Part shown: piece after piece, positions 1 to 11,620 of the stretch
Numbering within the stretch: the first letter of the stretch is position 1
How the letters are laid out: each line of letters opens with the position of its first letter
Source: Octopus sinensis
Taxonomy: Eukaryota
Direction: 5' to 3'
DNA: 64,000 bases
Assembly: GCF_006345805.1 (NCBI RefSeq)
Contig: NC_042997.1
Coordinates: 103,974,001-104,038,000 of the forward strand
Translations under genes and position numbers: made by a program
Notes under the pieces: generated by a model
Databases searched by the model: none
What the model was told of the DNA's origin: nothing
What the model saw: only the letters and a program-made list of their open reading frames with translations

Positions 1-838
1 GGGGAAGTTGGAACTGTCTTTACTGGAAACCGAGTAGTTTTAATGTTTAGATGTCTAGCGTTTACAATGATAAATAGAAATAACTATACACCGGAAAAAT
101 TCCACTCAAAACCATTCATCAATGAAGAGTAATCGTTATCCTTTTTCAGTCAAGAAAGCAGATATCACCAGACAGGTTTATATTTCTGCTTGAGTCACCA
201 GTAGATGTAGATAATATTGTCATTGTATAATATACATTAACAAACTGAACACTTAGATGTAGTGATATTTGAGCAATTATGAATTTTTAAAACTGATTCA
301 AAATTCGAAAGAAAATCGGTTAAAGTTATCAATGACGTATTTGTTTGAAATAGAACTTATTGCAATCCGATTACTAACGGTCTTGGACTATTCTAAGAAG
401 AGCCAGTACGTATCACATTTTCACTTAAAATATACCAGTCGGCTTCACTATGAAGAAACATTAACCTGGGTACCATATTTGTGATAGAAACCTTCGTCAC
501 AGAGAAATCTAAAAGCCTTTTATTTCATATAACCGAGAAAAACGGTCTCATATCTCAGTGGTAAAGAATATAGCCTACCAAAAAAAGGGGCACTACGTAG
601 CATTCTTATTACAATTCTGTACATAATCCTCATTTAGACTAGCAAATGTACCATTAAAATAAAACTGAAGATTTAAGATTACAACATTTGCTAAGCATTA
701 ATTTAATGACAAAATCACGTTTTCAGCTCCCACGCATGCTAGAATGTTGAGAGGAGAATATACATACTATTCTTAGCAGTGAGATTTTTGGTATTCTCCT
801 TATAATCTGTCGGCTTCTTCTGACCATAATTATTTGGT

Positions 839-840
<2 letters not shown>

Positions 841-927
<87 letters not shown>

Positions 928-1460
928 ACACACACACACACACAAACAAACAACACACACACACATATACACACACACGCACGCACACATATACATATAT
1001 TGTATATATATGTATATATATATATATAGGTGTATATATATGTAATTATATATATAATATATACATGTACAGGCGTATGCATATATATATATGTATATGT
1101 ATGTATATATATATATATATACATACACACAAACATATAGATGTAATTAAGAAGATTGTTTATAGGTATACATGAGTGCATAGCCAGTAATTACATCAAC
1201 ATTGACGCTTGTAGCCACATGTATATAAATACACATAGATAGGCAAAAAAATCTACGTAGGTAGGTGTGAATATATATACGTATGTATGTATGCATGCAC
1301 ACACACACGCGCGCGTATATACATATGCATATAAGTGTTCATACACATATATATACACAAACTTATATATATGTATGTATATATAAATATACATACTCAC
1401 ATATATGCATGCATGTATATATGTATGTATGTATGTAAGTATATATACTTGTATGTATAT
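841..1460. repeat. Compound (CA)n/(TA)n/(TATG)n microsatellite field, representative of dozens across the window
   Basis: Pure (AC)n at 841-925 grades into TA/TG/TATG repeats. Similar fields lie at about 3960-4120, 4440-4570, 19390-19560, 19850-19945, 34800-35130, 42280-42362, 52790-52938 and 62599-62782. Confidence 0.98.
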
Positions 1461-1580
1461 AACTCCTATTCCTAATTTCTAATTCAGTAAAACATTACAT
1501 ATGTGTATAAAACATTATAAAATGTTATTTGTGAAAAGTTAGAGATATATATTATAGTCAGTCATAGTGATGATGGTGGT

Positions 1581-1581
1581 A

Positions 1582-1623
<42 letters not shown>

Positions 1624-1915
1624 AAGAAGAAGAAGAAGTAGAAGAAGTAGAAGGAGAAGGAGAATAATAATAATATTAATAATAATGATGATGACAATAA
1701 TAATAATAATGATATAAATAATATAATAATAATAATAATAATAATAATATAATAATAATATAATAATAATAAGAATAAGAAGAAGAAGAAGAAGAAAAGA
1801 AGAAGAAGAGAAGAAGAAGACGAAGAAGAAGAAGAAGAGAAGAAGAAGAAGAAGAAGAAGAAGAAGAAGAAGAAGAAGAAGAAAAAGAAAAAGAATAAGA
1901 AGAATAATAAGAAGA
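1581..1915. repeat. (AAT)n/(AAG)n trinucleotide microsatellite
   Basis: Read directly. Other trinucleotide tracts lie at 29390-29563, 29893-29997, 35655-35810, 36093-36184, 36305-36388, 44931-45098, 54560-54700 and 59295-59700. Confidence 0.97.
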
Positions 1916-2049
1916 AAGTCTTATTCCACAAGCTGTTGAAAGAGCTGATGCCTTCATCTTTTATCTCTAACACCACTTTCCTGTCTACAGTCATACTTTT
2001 CACATACACGTTAACTTGCATACACGCAAACATGCCACATCAACGATAT

Positions 2050-2617
2050 TTTGAACCAAAAAGGACAGCAATTCTGGTGTCGAGTTGATGATCTGGGGAT
2101 TGATATAAGCAACATCACTTTGTTCCACGTGCATATCACCAAGATGGTGACGTTGTGCAGGCGAATGGACATTACGAATTCTAAGAACTTTCAGAACAAC
2201 GGATTAGGAAACCATGCTGATTCAATACACGACATTTGTTCTCAGCCTCCTGGACTATTGTTTTCATTTCAACAATGGTCACCCATAGTGTCAAATTAAT
2301 AGCGGAACTCGATGCAGTTCAGCGGTGCTGCACCAGGAAGGTTGCATCAATTAAAGAGCTGAGCTCCTGGGAGAGGCTGAAAGAGCTACTACACCCTGGA
2401 ACGAAGATGTGAGACATGTACAGTGATACCAGCCCCCGAATAGGACGTCGCTGCACTTTTCCAAAGAGCTCAACGATCCCAACTAAAGTGAGGGCCATAA
2501 CCTGGAACTCAAGGGCTCACGGCTATTTCTTACCTACCCAAAATATCTGAGGCATCTACATGGAGTAGGGGGTAGATGTTTTCAAGAAGAACTCAAGCTT
2601 CCAAGGTCCCAGATGAA
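2050..2617 (+). mobile_element. Degenerate CR1/L2-clade LINE fragment (end of RT and C-terminal region)
   Basis: Frameshifted translation reads DLGIDISN..FHVHITK..ILRTFRT..TML..Y.TFVLS.LDYC..WSP..AELDAVQR.CTRK..IKELSSWERLKEL..TLERR. This matches the CR1 motif series DLG..HI..LEY..WSP..LE.VQRR.T..LSY.ERL..LE.RR. Confidence 0.85.
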
Positions 2618-2920
2618 CTTATATTAAGGCAAAAAATGCAAAACAGGGCAGCAAAGTCGAACTCACGCCTTCACTAAACGGCAGTCGCATATGAATGGCC
2701 ATTGAAAATGATGAAATACTGGCGGTGCCCAAGCATGTCCCCAGCTTCTGACGGAAATATATTTTCTGTGCTACTTTGTGTGTGTACACACACACACCAC
2801 ACACACACCACACACACACCACATACACATATATTATATATATAATATATATATATATAGAGAGAGAAGAGAGAGAGAGATAGATAGATAGGTAAGTAGA
2901 TAGAAAGATATGCATATACA

Positions 2921-2964
<44 letters not shown>

Positions 2965-3662
2965 TATACGTATATGTATGTGTGTATGTGTATCTCTCTC
3001 TTTTCTCTCTCTCTCTCTCTCTCTAAATATATATATAGTTAAGTTATATTCAGGGTTAAAAAGAGCTTGTCCAATTGAGCGTAAAGCTTGTTGACAGGTA
3101 TTGGGTACCTGGTGTCGTTATATTGTATAAATGCACATGTTACTGGATTTACTTCAGGAATTCTATAATGTCCATAGAATTGATATAATTAAGTCGGGGA
3201 CAGAAAATGGAGCTTACGAGTTTCTTTATTATTGCCAAAACTATTGTAGAGGCTTGAATAAAGAATCTCTCACCAAATCTATTGTTCGTGTCTGAAGTAT
3301 ATTAGTTCTAAATCCCTCAACGAGGACATGCAGTAACAGTATTTTAAAGTAAAGATTATTTGCCAACATAATGTGGCAATCCCTATTCGGATATATGTTA
3401 CTGTTGTTGTAGCCTCAGGAACATCGTCTCCAGATAGCTATACGACAAACATCTGTGTCCTTATGTTTTCGAACACGGGAGTTTAGCATACCCACTCAGC
3501 ACAAAGCAATATCTGTGGACCGTGGTTTCTGGGTTATTTCACTTCCTCGGCAGAGAATAGCTGTTTGGCTGAGATGGCGCTGTCAAATTCCCGTTCGAAA
3601 ATACATAGTTTTCAAAGTGATACACTATCACCGATTTACTGAATAGAAACTTTATAATTGTA

Positions 3663-3913
3663 CAGTCGTGGCCAAAGATTTGGAACATAGGTCTGAAAAT
3701 TAGAATTGTTCTATTAAATGAGTTATATTTAATTTACAATATATTTAATTTGCAATATATTATTACATGGCCAAAATTTAAAACTGAGGTCCGAAAATTA
3801 GAATTGTTATACTAAATACCCATCTATATACGTTGTATATATTTGAATCGAATTGTATTTCAGTAAGAAAATTTTAATTTTTAAAAAATGTTTCAAAACT
3901 TTGGTCAGGGCTT
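3663..3913. mobile_element. Tc1-family MITE
   Basis: Left end TA|CAGTCGTGGCCAAAGATTTGGAACA and right end TGTTTCAAAACTTTGGTCAGGGCTT|TA form imperfect Tc1-type TIRs with TA flanks. The left end is duplicated internally near 3768-3812. Confidence 0.75.
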
Positions 3914-4503
3914 TATATATATAAATGCATGCATCTGTCTATCTCTCTGTTCATTCATACCTACATACACACACATACACACATATCATATATGCATATA
4001 TTATATACATACACACACACACATACGCATATATATATATATAATATATATATATATATATTATATATATTATATATATACATATATATATATATATATT
4101 ATTTACACACACATGTATGAATGTACGTATGATCGATTTATATATCTATGTCCTATGATTTTCTTCGGCATCTTTCTCTACTTCCGGTCGAATCCATCCG
4201 TTTTGATGTATTCAAACCAGGAACGGCTTGTGGTGCAATACTGATGATTTAGGTAAACACAACATAATTAATTACTTTAAAGTAATTAATTGCTTCTCAG
4301 AATTATGTAATTATATATTAAGAGATGCTCTGTGTTAATGAAACAGCTGTTGGGCATAAAGAAAATATGAACTATAAATGAAATTGTGCTTTTCTTTTTA
4401 TATGCTATATATATAACTAGAGGAGATCAGTTATCTATCTATCTATCCATCTTTATATATATATATATATATATATTATATTATATATATATATATATAT
4501 ATC

Positions 4504-4542
<39 letters not shown>

Positions 4543-4566
4543 TATATATATATATATTATATATAT

Positions 4567-4750
4567 AGTTAATCCAAACAAGAAAGCACAAAAAAACACA
4601 ACAACGCGAGGACGTGGAACAAATATAGTATTATTGGACGCTCAGGAAAGAAGGAAAGAAGGAGGGTTTAACGTTTCGAGCGGAACTCTTCGTCGGAAAC
4701 ATAGGAGAAGGAAAGATCCAGAGAAAGGAAGACGGAGAAAAAAATAGTTG
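4567..4750 (-). mobile_element. Penelope-type terminal repeat (pLTR) fragment next to (TA)n
   Basis: Contains a minimal hammerhead motif. Its layout (pyrimidine-rich flanks, HHR, end at TA repeat) matches the pLTRs at 19997-20260 and 62400-62990. Confidence 0.65.
4666..4700 (-). ncRNA. Minimal type I hammerhead ribozyme motif, U4C variant
   Basis: Minus strand reads GTTT-CCGACGA-A-GAG(TTCCG)CTC-GAAA-CG-TT-AAAC. Stem I is GTTT/AAAC, stem II is GAG/CTC, and stem III is the palindrome ACGT. Confidence 0.7.
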
Positions 4751-5740
4751 TATATACACAAGTGAAATTTTGTACATAACATATATCGTATTAACTTATA
4801 GCCATAGGAAATTATATTTCTTCCAGTACACACATATTGACAAACACAATCCTCTCTCTCCCTCTTTCTCACCCACTGCAAACAGAAAACCACGCACATA
4901 TGTGCCAACATACACAGATAGATGCATATATACGCACACCTATGTATGTATGTATGTATGTATGTATGTATGTATGTATGTATGTATCTATCTATATATT
5001 TATACACGTCTCTCTCTCTCTTTATATGCATATATATATACACACACACATATATATATACATACATATATATATATATATGTGTGTATATATATACATA
5101 TATATATATGTATGTATATGTCTATATATGCATATACATATACATATACACACATACAGCCAACATGCGCATATGAACATCCGTGGGGCTTTAAGTGTCA
5201 GTCTCTGTATGCATTATTTGCAACAATGTTTGAAGACTTAAAGACGACCACAACTTAATGTATAAGGCATTGAATATGTGTTATTTTAGTTATGTATTTC
5301 ATGTTCAATCTAGAACTCTAACACGTGTCCCTCACTGCTTGACTCGAAAACGGAAAAAATTAAGCAAATATAAAACAACACAGCCAAAAGAAAAGAAACA
5401 ATACAAAACAACGATGAAGATGAGGATGAAGCCTGTTTACAATTATGTTTTCTTATGTGTGTTTTATTTATGTATTTATGATTTTATTTGTTACAGGATA
5501 TCCGCTTCTTATTTTTGGGATGTGTTTCGTAATTTTTATCGCAAACACACCCACACCTACACACGTGTGTCTATGTGTGTTGTATGTAGTATATGTCTAT
5601 ATTGAGATAGGAAGGGATACATGGAGAGCTACATAGATAAACTGCACAAAGACAAAAACACAAACGTACCCACACATATACATACATACAAACATACATA
5701 CAGACGGATATACATATGTACACACACACACACCACACAC

Positions 5741-5816
<76 letters not shown>

Positions 5817-6048
5817 CAGAAATAAGTATAAGATCGTTATTTAGAAAACCGATCATATCAAGTGGCCAGCATGGGAATAAAAACCTTATAGGTAATAATT
5901 ATTATTAAGATTATAATTAAGGATTTCTAAAAGATACCACCATGCTGGTGATAGCAGTCAAAACTTGACTCTAAAACCACATCAGTATTGTACAATACAT
6001 AAATCGTACTACCTTATAGCTATAGGAAATAATATATATGTGTATATA

Positions 6049-6118
<70 letters not shown>

Positions 6119-6120
6119 TA

Positions 6121-6563
6121 TGGAGGGAAGATTTTTTTCTCAAAGAGTTAAGATTGAGAAAAGAACCTTTTTAGAAAGTCGAAAGACACTAACCTTTGGG
6201 AAGAGATTTCACAAAATGTGTGTGGCTTTTGCTTTTATAGATGTGGAAGCGCTTTCAGTTCATAACGTTTTCAAGCATGTGTTATTACATATAGTGAAAG
6301 ATGTCTTCAGTAAAATTGTCGTTGACTATTTCCGGTTTAGTTTCCGACTCAGAAATCTTATAAAATATTTTCCTCTTTCGCCTTCCGGAGAAGGCCGTTC
6401 TCTTCATAATCACTACATGGTATACGTCTAAGTGCGGGATGTTTTATTTGATGTCTGTGCACACACATTTTGTGAAATCTCTTCCCAAACGTCAGTGCCT
6501 TTCGACTTTCTAAAATGGTTCTTTTTTCAATCTTAACTCTTTCAGAAAAAAATCTTCTCTCCA
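6121..6563. mobile_element. MITE/foldback element with about 104-bp terminal inverted repeats
   Basis: 6121-6224 and 6460-6563 are near reverse complements. The opposite-strand ORFs both read ..FFS.RVKIEKRT.LESRK.LTFGKRFHKMCV. Flanks are TA-rich. Confidence 0.85.
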
Positions 6564-6909
6564 AATATTATAACTGTATCAAGGAATTTCCAAAACACTC
6601 CAAATACATACATGCATACATACATTCATACATATATGCATACATACATACATACATACATACATACATACATACATACATACATACATACATACATACA
6701 TACATGTACATATAATATTTGTCTCTTTTTATATAGAAAGAAAAGGGTTTATAGGACTGCAAAAGTGCTGCTCAAATATTAATGAGACGAAGATAAAAGA
6801 AGCATTGGTTTTGTATGTAAAGTCGTTCACCAAATTTTTTAATGTTTGTTCTAAAACCAATGCTTCTTTATATATGTATATGCATGTGTACATATGATAT
6901 ATGTATATA

Positions 6910-6971
<62 letters not shown>

Positions 6972-6972
6972 C

Positions 6973-7355
6973 GGCGTAGGAGTAACTGTATGTTAAGAAG
7001 CTTGCTTCCCAATCATTTGGGTTCGCGTTTAGTCGCACTGCGTGACACCTTGGACACTTGGATAAGTGTTCTCTACTGGAGCCTCGGGACGACCAACGCC
7101 TTGTGATTGGATTTAGTTAACGGAAACTGAAAGACGCCCGTCGCATATGTATATGTATAAATGGACATGTGCGTGTCTTTGTATCTGTGCTTGTCCCTCC
7201 ACTACTGCTTGACAACCCATTGTTGGTGTATTTATGTCCCCGTAATTGCGATTCGGCAAAAGAGACTGGTAGAAATAGTCAATTTGTTCGACTAAAACCA
7301 TTCAAGGTGGTGCCCCTGCCTGATTGCAGTTAGATGACTAAAACAGTACAAAGGA
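6973..7355 (+). mobile_element. tRNA-derived CORE-type SINE, family B (octopus OR-like), diverged full-length copy
   Basis: Has the head GGCGTAGGAGT..., CORE-like CACCTTGG..AAGTGT, an internal TA/TG tract and the 3' end GACTAAAACAGTA. It is homologous to 32240-32648. Confidence 0.85.
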
Positions 7356-7533
7356 AGATAGTTGAAGCGAGCCGCTTTCCGACTACTAAGTCCACTTACA
7401 AGCAATTGGGCGGCGCAGGATTATACTAAAAGTCATTCTGCCCACGCAGTGTATTCTTAATACACAGCCTCGCCTGCACAAGTACTTAAATGTATACATA
7501 CATACATGCATACATACATACATGCACACATGC

Positions 7534-7581
<48 letters not shown>

Positions 7582-7623
7582 GTATATATGTATATATACA
7601 TACATACATAGTACATACATATA

Positions 7624-7662
<39 letters not shown>

Positions 7663-7663
7663 T

Positions 7664-8400
7664 CAGGGTGCGGCGAATTAACTTAGCCTAAATTACGCAA
7701 AAATGAAATGAACACTGACATCTGATTTTAATAGATGATTTTACCATAGTTAAATAAAAAATATCGTGAAATACTAAAGAGTAAATATATATATATTCAA
7801 TAAAATCACCATTGATTTCAACCACGGCTTCCAGACGACTTCGGATTCCCCTGCAGCTCTTCTGGACGATCTCTTTGTCTAAGTTGATGAATGCTGCCAT
7901 AATTTTTGCGTTCAGTTCATCTTTGGTGTTACAAGGAGTTTCGTTGGTCTCTTGCTCAACTGCACCCTACACGTAATAACCAAGGGAGCTGCAGTCTGAG
8001 GTGTTATGAGGATAGATGTTAGGAGTGATGTGGTCGCAGAAATTGTCTGGCAACCATGACTGGGTTCTCCTGCTTGTGTGGTATGGTGCAGAGTCCTGTT
8101 GCCAGACATAGGGTCTTCCAGCAGCCAGCCTCTTGACTCAAGGCAGCACTACCTCCTCCAGGCACTAGATGTAGGCCTCTGTATTGAATATGAGGCCGTG
8201 TAGAAGAAGAATGGAGGCATAACGTTGCCATCCCTAGTGATCACTCCAAACACCATGATGTTGACTGGATGTTTGATTTTATTGTAGCTTCCCGCGCGAA
8301 TGCCAAGCAGTACAACATAGTTTCGAAATTTCTGGCAGAGTGAATTGCTTCATGGTGCTGTTTTTCTCACAGACGGTGCCCATTAGTGGATGCTTTAAGC
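7664..8400 (-). mobile_element. Internally deleted Tc1/mariner DD37D (maT) transposon relic
   Basis: Frameshifted minus-strand translation reads HPVNIMVFGVIT.DG.VMPPF..RPYVWQQDSAP.HTSRRTQSWL.DNFCDHITPNI..SDCSSLGYYV..ETNETPCNTKDELNAKIMAAFINLDKEIVQKSCRGIRSRLEAVVEINGDFIE. There are 37 residues between the D of QQD and the position of the last catalytic D (G in this copy). A putative N-terminus (ATG at 8353) is fused at about 8281, and a TIR begins CAGGGTG at 7664. Confidence 0.88.
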
Positions 8401-10149
8401 AGATATTCTTAAAGTTTTAATAAGTAATTAGGATCAATAATTCATTATTAATTGAATTTGGCCTATATTTTGGAATTTCCAACGCTAGATTAAGCGTAGT
8501 GGAGTATGAAAAGTTTACAGTAGTTAGCGATCATCATAACAATAATGTTTATGGATATGATGATTGTGTCAGATGGTAGCTATTGTATTGGTGTCATGTT
8601 CCTTGTAAATTTCGAAGAGTCTTACGAGTGTAATGAAGATGAAGAAATTGAAGATGGTCATGATGGAGATGTCCTTGATTTTCGTTGTTGTTGTGAGCAG
8701 TTTTGAAAGAGGGTGATTATGATTAGGATATTAATGGTGATACGGATAAGGAGGAGGAGGAGGAGGAGGGAAAGAAACGGATGGTACTGGCAATGATTAT
8801 TATACTGAGGCTGATGGTGGTAGTGTTCATGAGACATGGCAGTGATAACTGAAAGTCAAGCCGGAAGTTACTATTGAGGTATACTTAAGAGCAATGCGGA
8901 TAAGAGAGGGAGAGAGGGAGAGGAAGAGGGAGAGAGAGAATGATGAATTGTTACTCAGTACTGAAAGACAGACAGAAAGGTGAATAAAAAATTTGTGGGT
9001 GGGAAGAATGGAGGTAATAGAAATAGAAAAAAAAATGGAAAGGACACTGAGTTTACGTGTCCGTACATGAGTGTGTGTGACGAAGGAAGAGAAAAAAAAG
9101 AAAGAGATAAAGATAAAGGATAGTTACCTATCAGAAAAAAGAACAAATGAAAGATATGAAAAAGTGAACGATAAAAAAGATACAAGTGTGTAAGTCAGAA
9201 AGAGAGAAAGTGAGTGAACATGAATATGTTGAGTGGGTGGAGATATATGGGAAGATAAAAAAAAAACTGCGAAATTATGGAGGGAAGGGAAATAGAGGTG
9301 AATGCCAGAGAGAAATAAACGACCGAAAAAGAGAGATTGAGGGGGCAAGTCACGTTATCGATGACATGAGAACTTGTGGGTGACACTTCTGTTTTGCCAT
9401 GATGATGAAAGTTACGACTTTAGGAATCTATGCTGAAAAGTAGGTTTTAGTTTGTAAGATAAAGCGGCTTCTCAGGGTGAAAATATTTTATGCTTTATTT
9501 GGTTTCCGAGATTCTTGATGCCAACTTCTGCATTGATACCAGTTTTGGAGTATTTTGGAAGGGTGATTATGTCGATATTAAACACACGCAATGGTTCAAA
9601 TTTCACCTCACGACAATTGGTCAATATATAATCGACCAAATAATCGAGCACTTGTTTAATCAGTCGGTTAAACAATCAATTAATAGCCTGTCAACATCCT
9701 TTCGTCGCCACCTGCGACCTCATCAATGACTTGCCCTCTGTTCTCCGAGTCTGCTTCACTTTTCTGTTTGAGTCAGACTCTCTGTCTCTATCTGTCTGCC
9801 CCCCCCCTCTCTCCGTCTGTCCATCTATCTATCTATCTATCTATCTATCTCTTTATCTATATATATATAGAAATATGTACAAAGTTTAGGTTAATTAAAA
9901 TATGTTTATGACATACTTCAACTGCTAAAAGGCAAATTCACGTTGAGAAAATATTTCTCTTATTGTAAAAAGGTCTTATTGGTTAGTGTCGCCATGTATC
10001 AGAACTCCAAGACATCGATGCTTCATGCTACCTCAATGGGAGGTACTTAAGAGAGGCAACTTTGAACAAATCTTATAAGGCAATAGCTTTATGCAAAGTA
10101 CAGGCAACAGTGCTGAGTAATTATTCTTACTCTTCCGGCTTAATTAATC

Positions 10150-10890
10150 CTCTATAATAATATTCTTTTGCTTTCGCTTCAAACTTTTCATCCTTCCATT
10201 TTTCATACATTTTTCAACATTTTATTTTTATTTCTTGTTTTCAAATATTTTCTTTTTTCGCAACTCGTCGCTTTTTAAATCTTTCTGTACTTTGCAGACA
10301 TATACTCTCGTTTTCTTCCTCTATCTTTTTTTCTTCTTTCTTTTATTCTTTCATTTCATTTTCGATTTTCCATCTTCTTCCTATCAATGATTTGCTCCTT
10401 CATTTATAATTCTTTTCTTTTCTGGCATTGCTTTGTAATTCCATTTCTTTCTTTCATCCTTTCTTTCTTTTTTCTTTTTATCCCCGCCCTTCATTCTCTT
10501 TTTCCGTTCGTAGATTACCTGTATCGTCTATTTATTGTCATCTAAAACTTTCCCCACTTCTATATTTTCTACTTTTCATTCATCGTATTATATGAACTAG
10601 ATTTTTATATTCATTCATCGATATATATTCCATCTGATATCTTTCAAATTTTCTTCCTTTTTCTCTCCTTTCCTTTGTTTATACATTTCCTATTTCTTTT
10701 CATTTATTTCTCCATTCCATTTTTGACGCCTCTTTCTTTCCTTCTTGCTCCCTTATTTATATGAATCTTGTTCGATTACTTGTTTCTTTTATTCTTCTCT
10801 GTTTTCTTCATTCAAGTATTATCTATTTCTTTCCCCCCCCCCCCAATGTTTCTGTAATTCTTTGCTTGCTTCGTTCTTTCTTCTATGCGA
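10150..10890. repeat. Long pyrimidine-rich low-complexity tract
   Basis: About 740 bp dominated by T and C. A similar tract lies at 12200-12570. Confidence 0.85.
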
Positions 10891-11424
10891 TTTAACTTTA
10901 TTGAGCTGGGCTCACTATTTTGAAGCTCGAAAAGCGTATTTTCTCGGATCAATTTAAAATTCTTAATATTGAATAGAAATCCATGCTTATGATATTTATG
11001 GTATTGTGTACACAGAATGCGTTAAGAATAAATATACAAGTGAAAGACGGAACGCGAATCAGAATAGCTGTATGGGACATTTACTAGGGGATATGCATTT
11101 ATGACCCAAGCTCATTTATTTTCCTCATCTTTCTTTATAAATCTTACCTAGCCAATGTCCACGTTTACATTAGATATGCTTGTAGAAAGGTAATAAAGCT
11201 GTTTTATTACGTAAAAAGAACAACATATTTATCCGTTTCTTGTCATAGCTGTTATGAATGCTAACGAAAAGACACAGTAAAGGCGGAGTTGATCTTTTGA
11301 TGTGTTCAGGAATTTATGCTTTTTAGGAGCATTGAGAAAGAGAAAAGTCATATTCTTGTTTTTCTTACACTAGAACTTATGTTTTTAAAAGACCATTTAA
11401 TTACTAGAGCTTTCTTAATATTGA

Positions 11425-11620
11425 TTTTAGATTTTGGCACAAGGCCAGCAAGTTCAGGGGATGGGATAATTCGATTATTCAACTGGTAGTTATTTTATTG
11501 AACCCGAAAGGATAAAAGGCAGGTCGACTTCGGTGGAATTTGAACTCTGAACGCGAAGACGGACGAAATGCCGTTAAGCATTTTGCCCGGCGCGGTAACT
11601 ATTCTGTTAGCTCGTCGAGC
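11425..11620 (-). mobile_element. tRNA-derived Meta-type SINE, family A
   Basis: Reverse-complement match to 51592-51818 (CCCGAAAGGATAAAAGGCAGGTCGAC..GGAATTTGAACTC..). Confidence 0.85.

Noticed and set aside
1-484. Short ORFs at the window start
   Set aside because: No recognisable motif, and their length is expected by chance.
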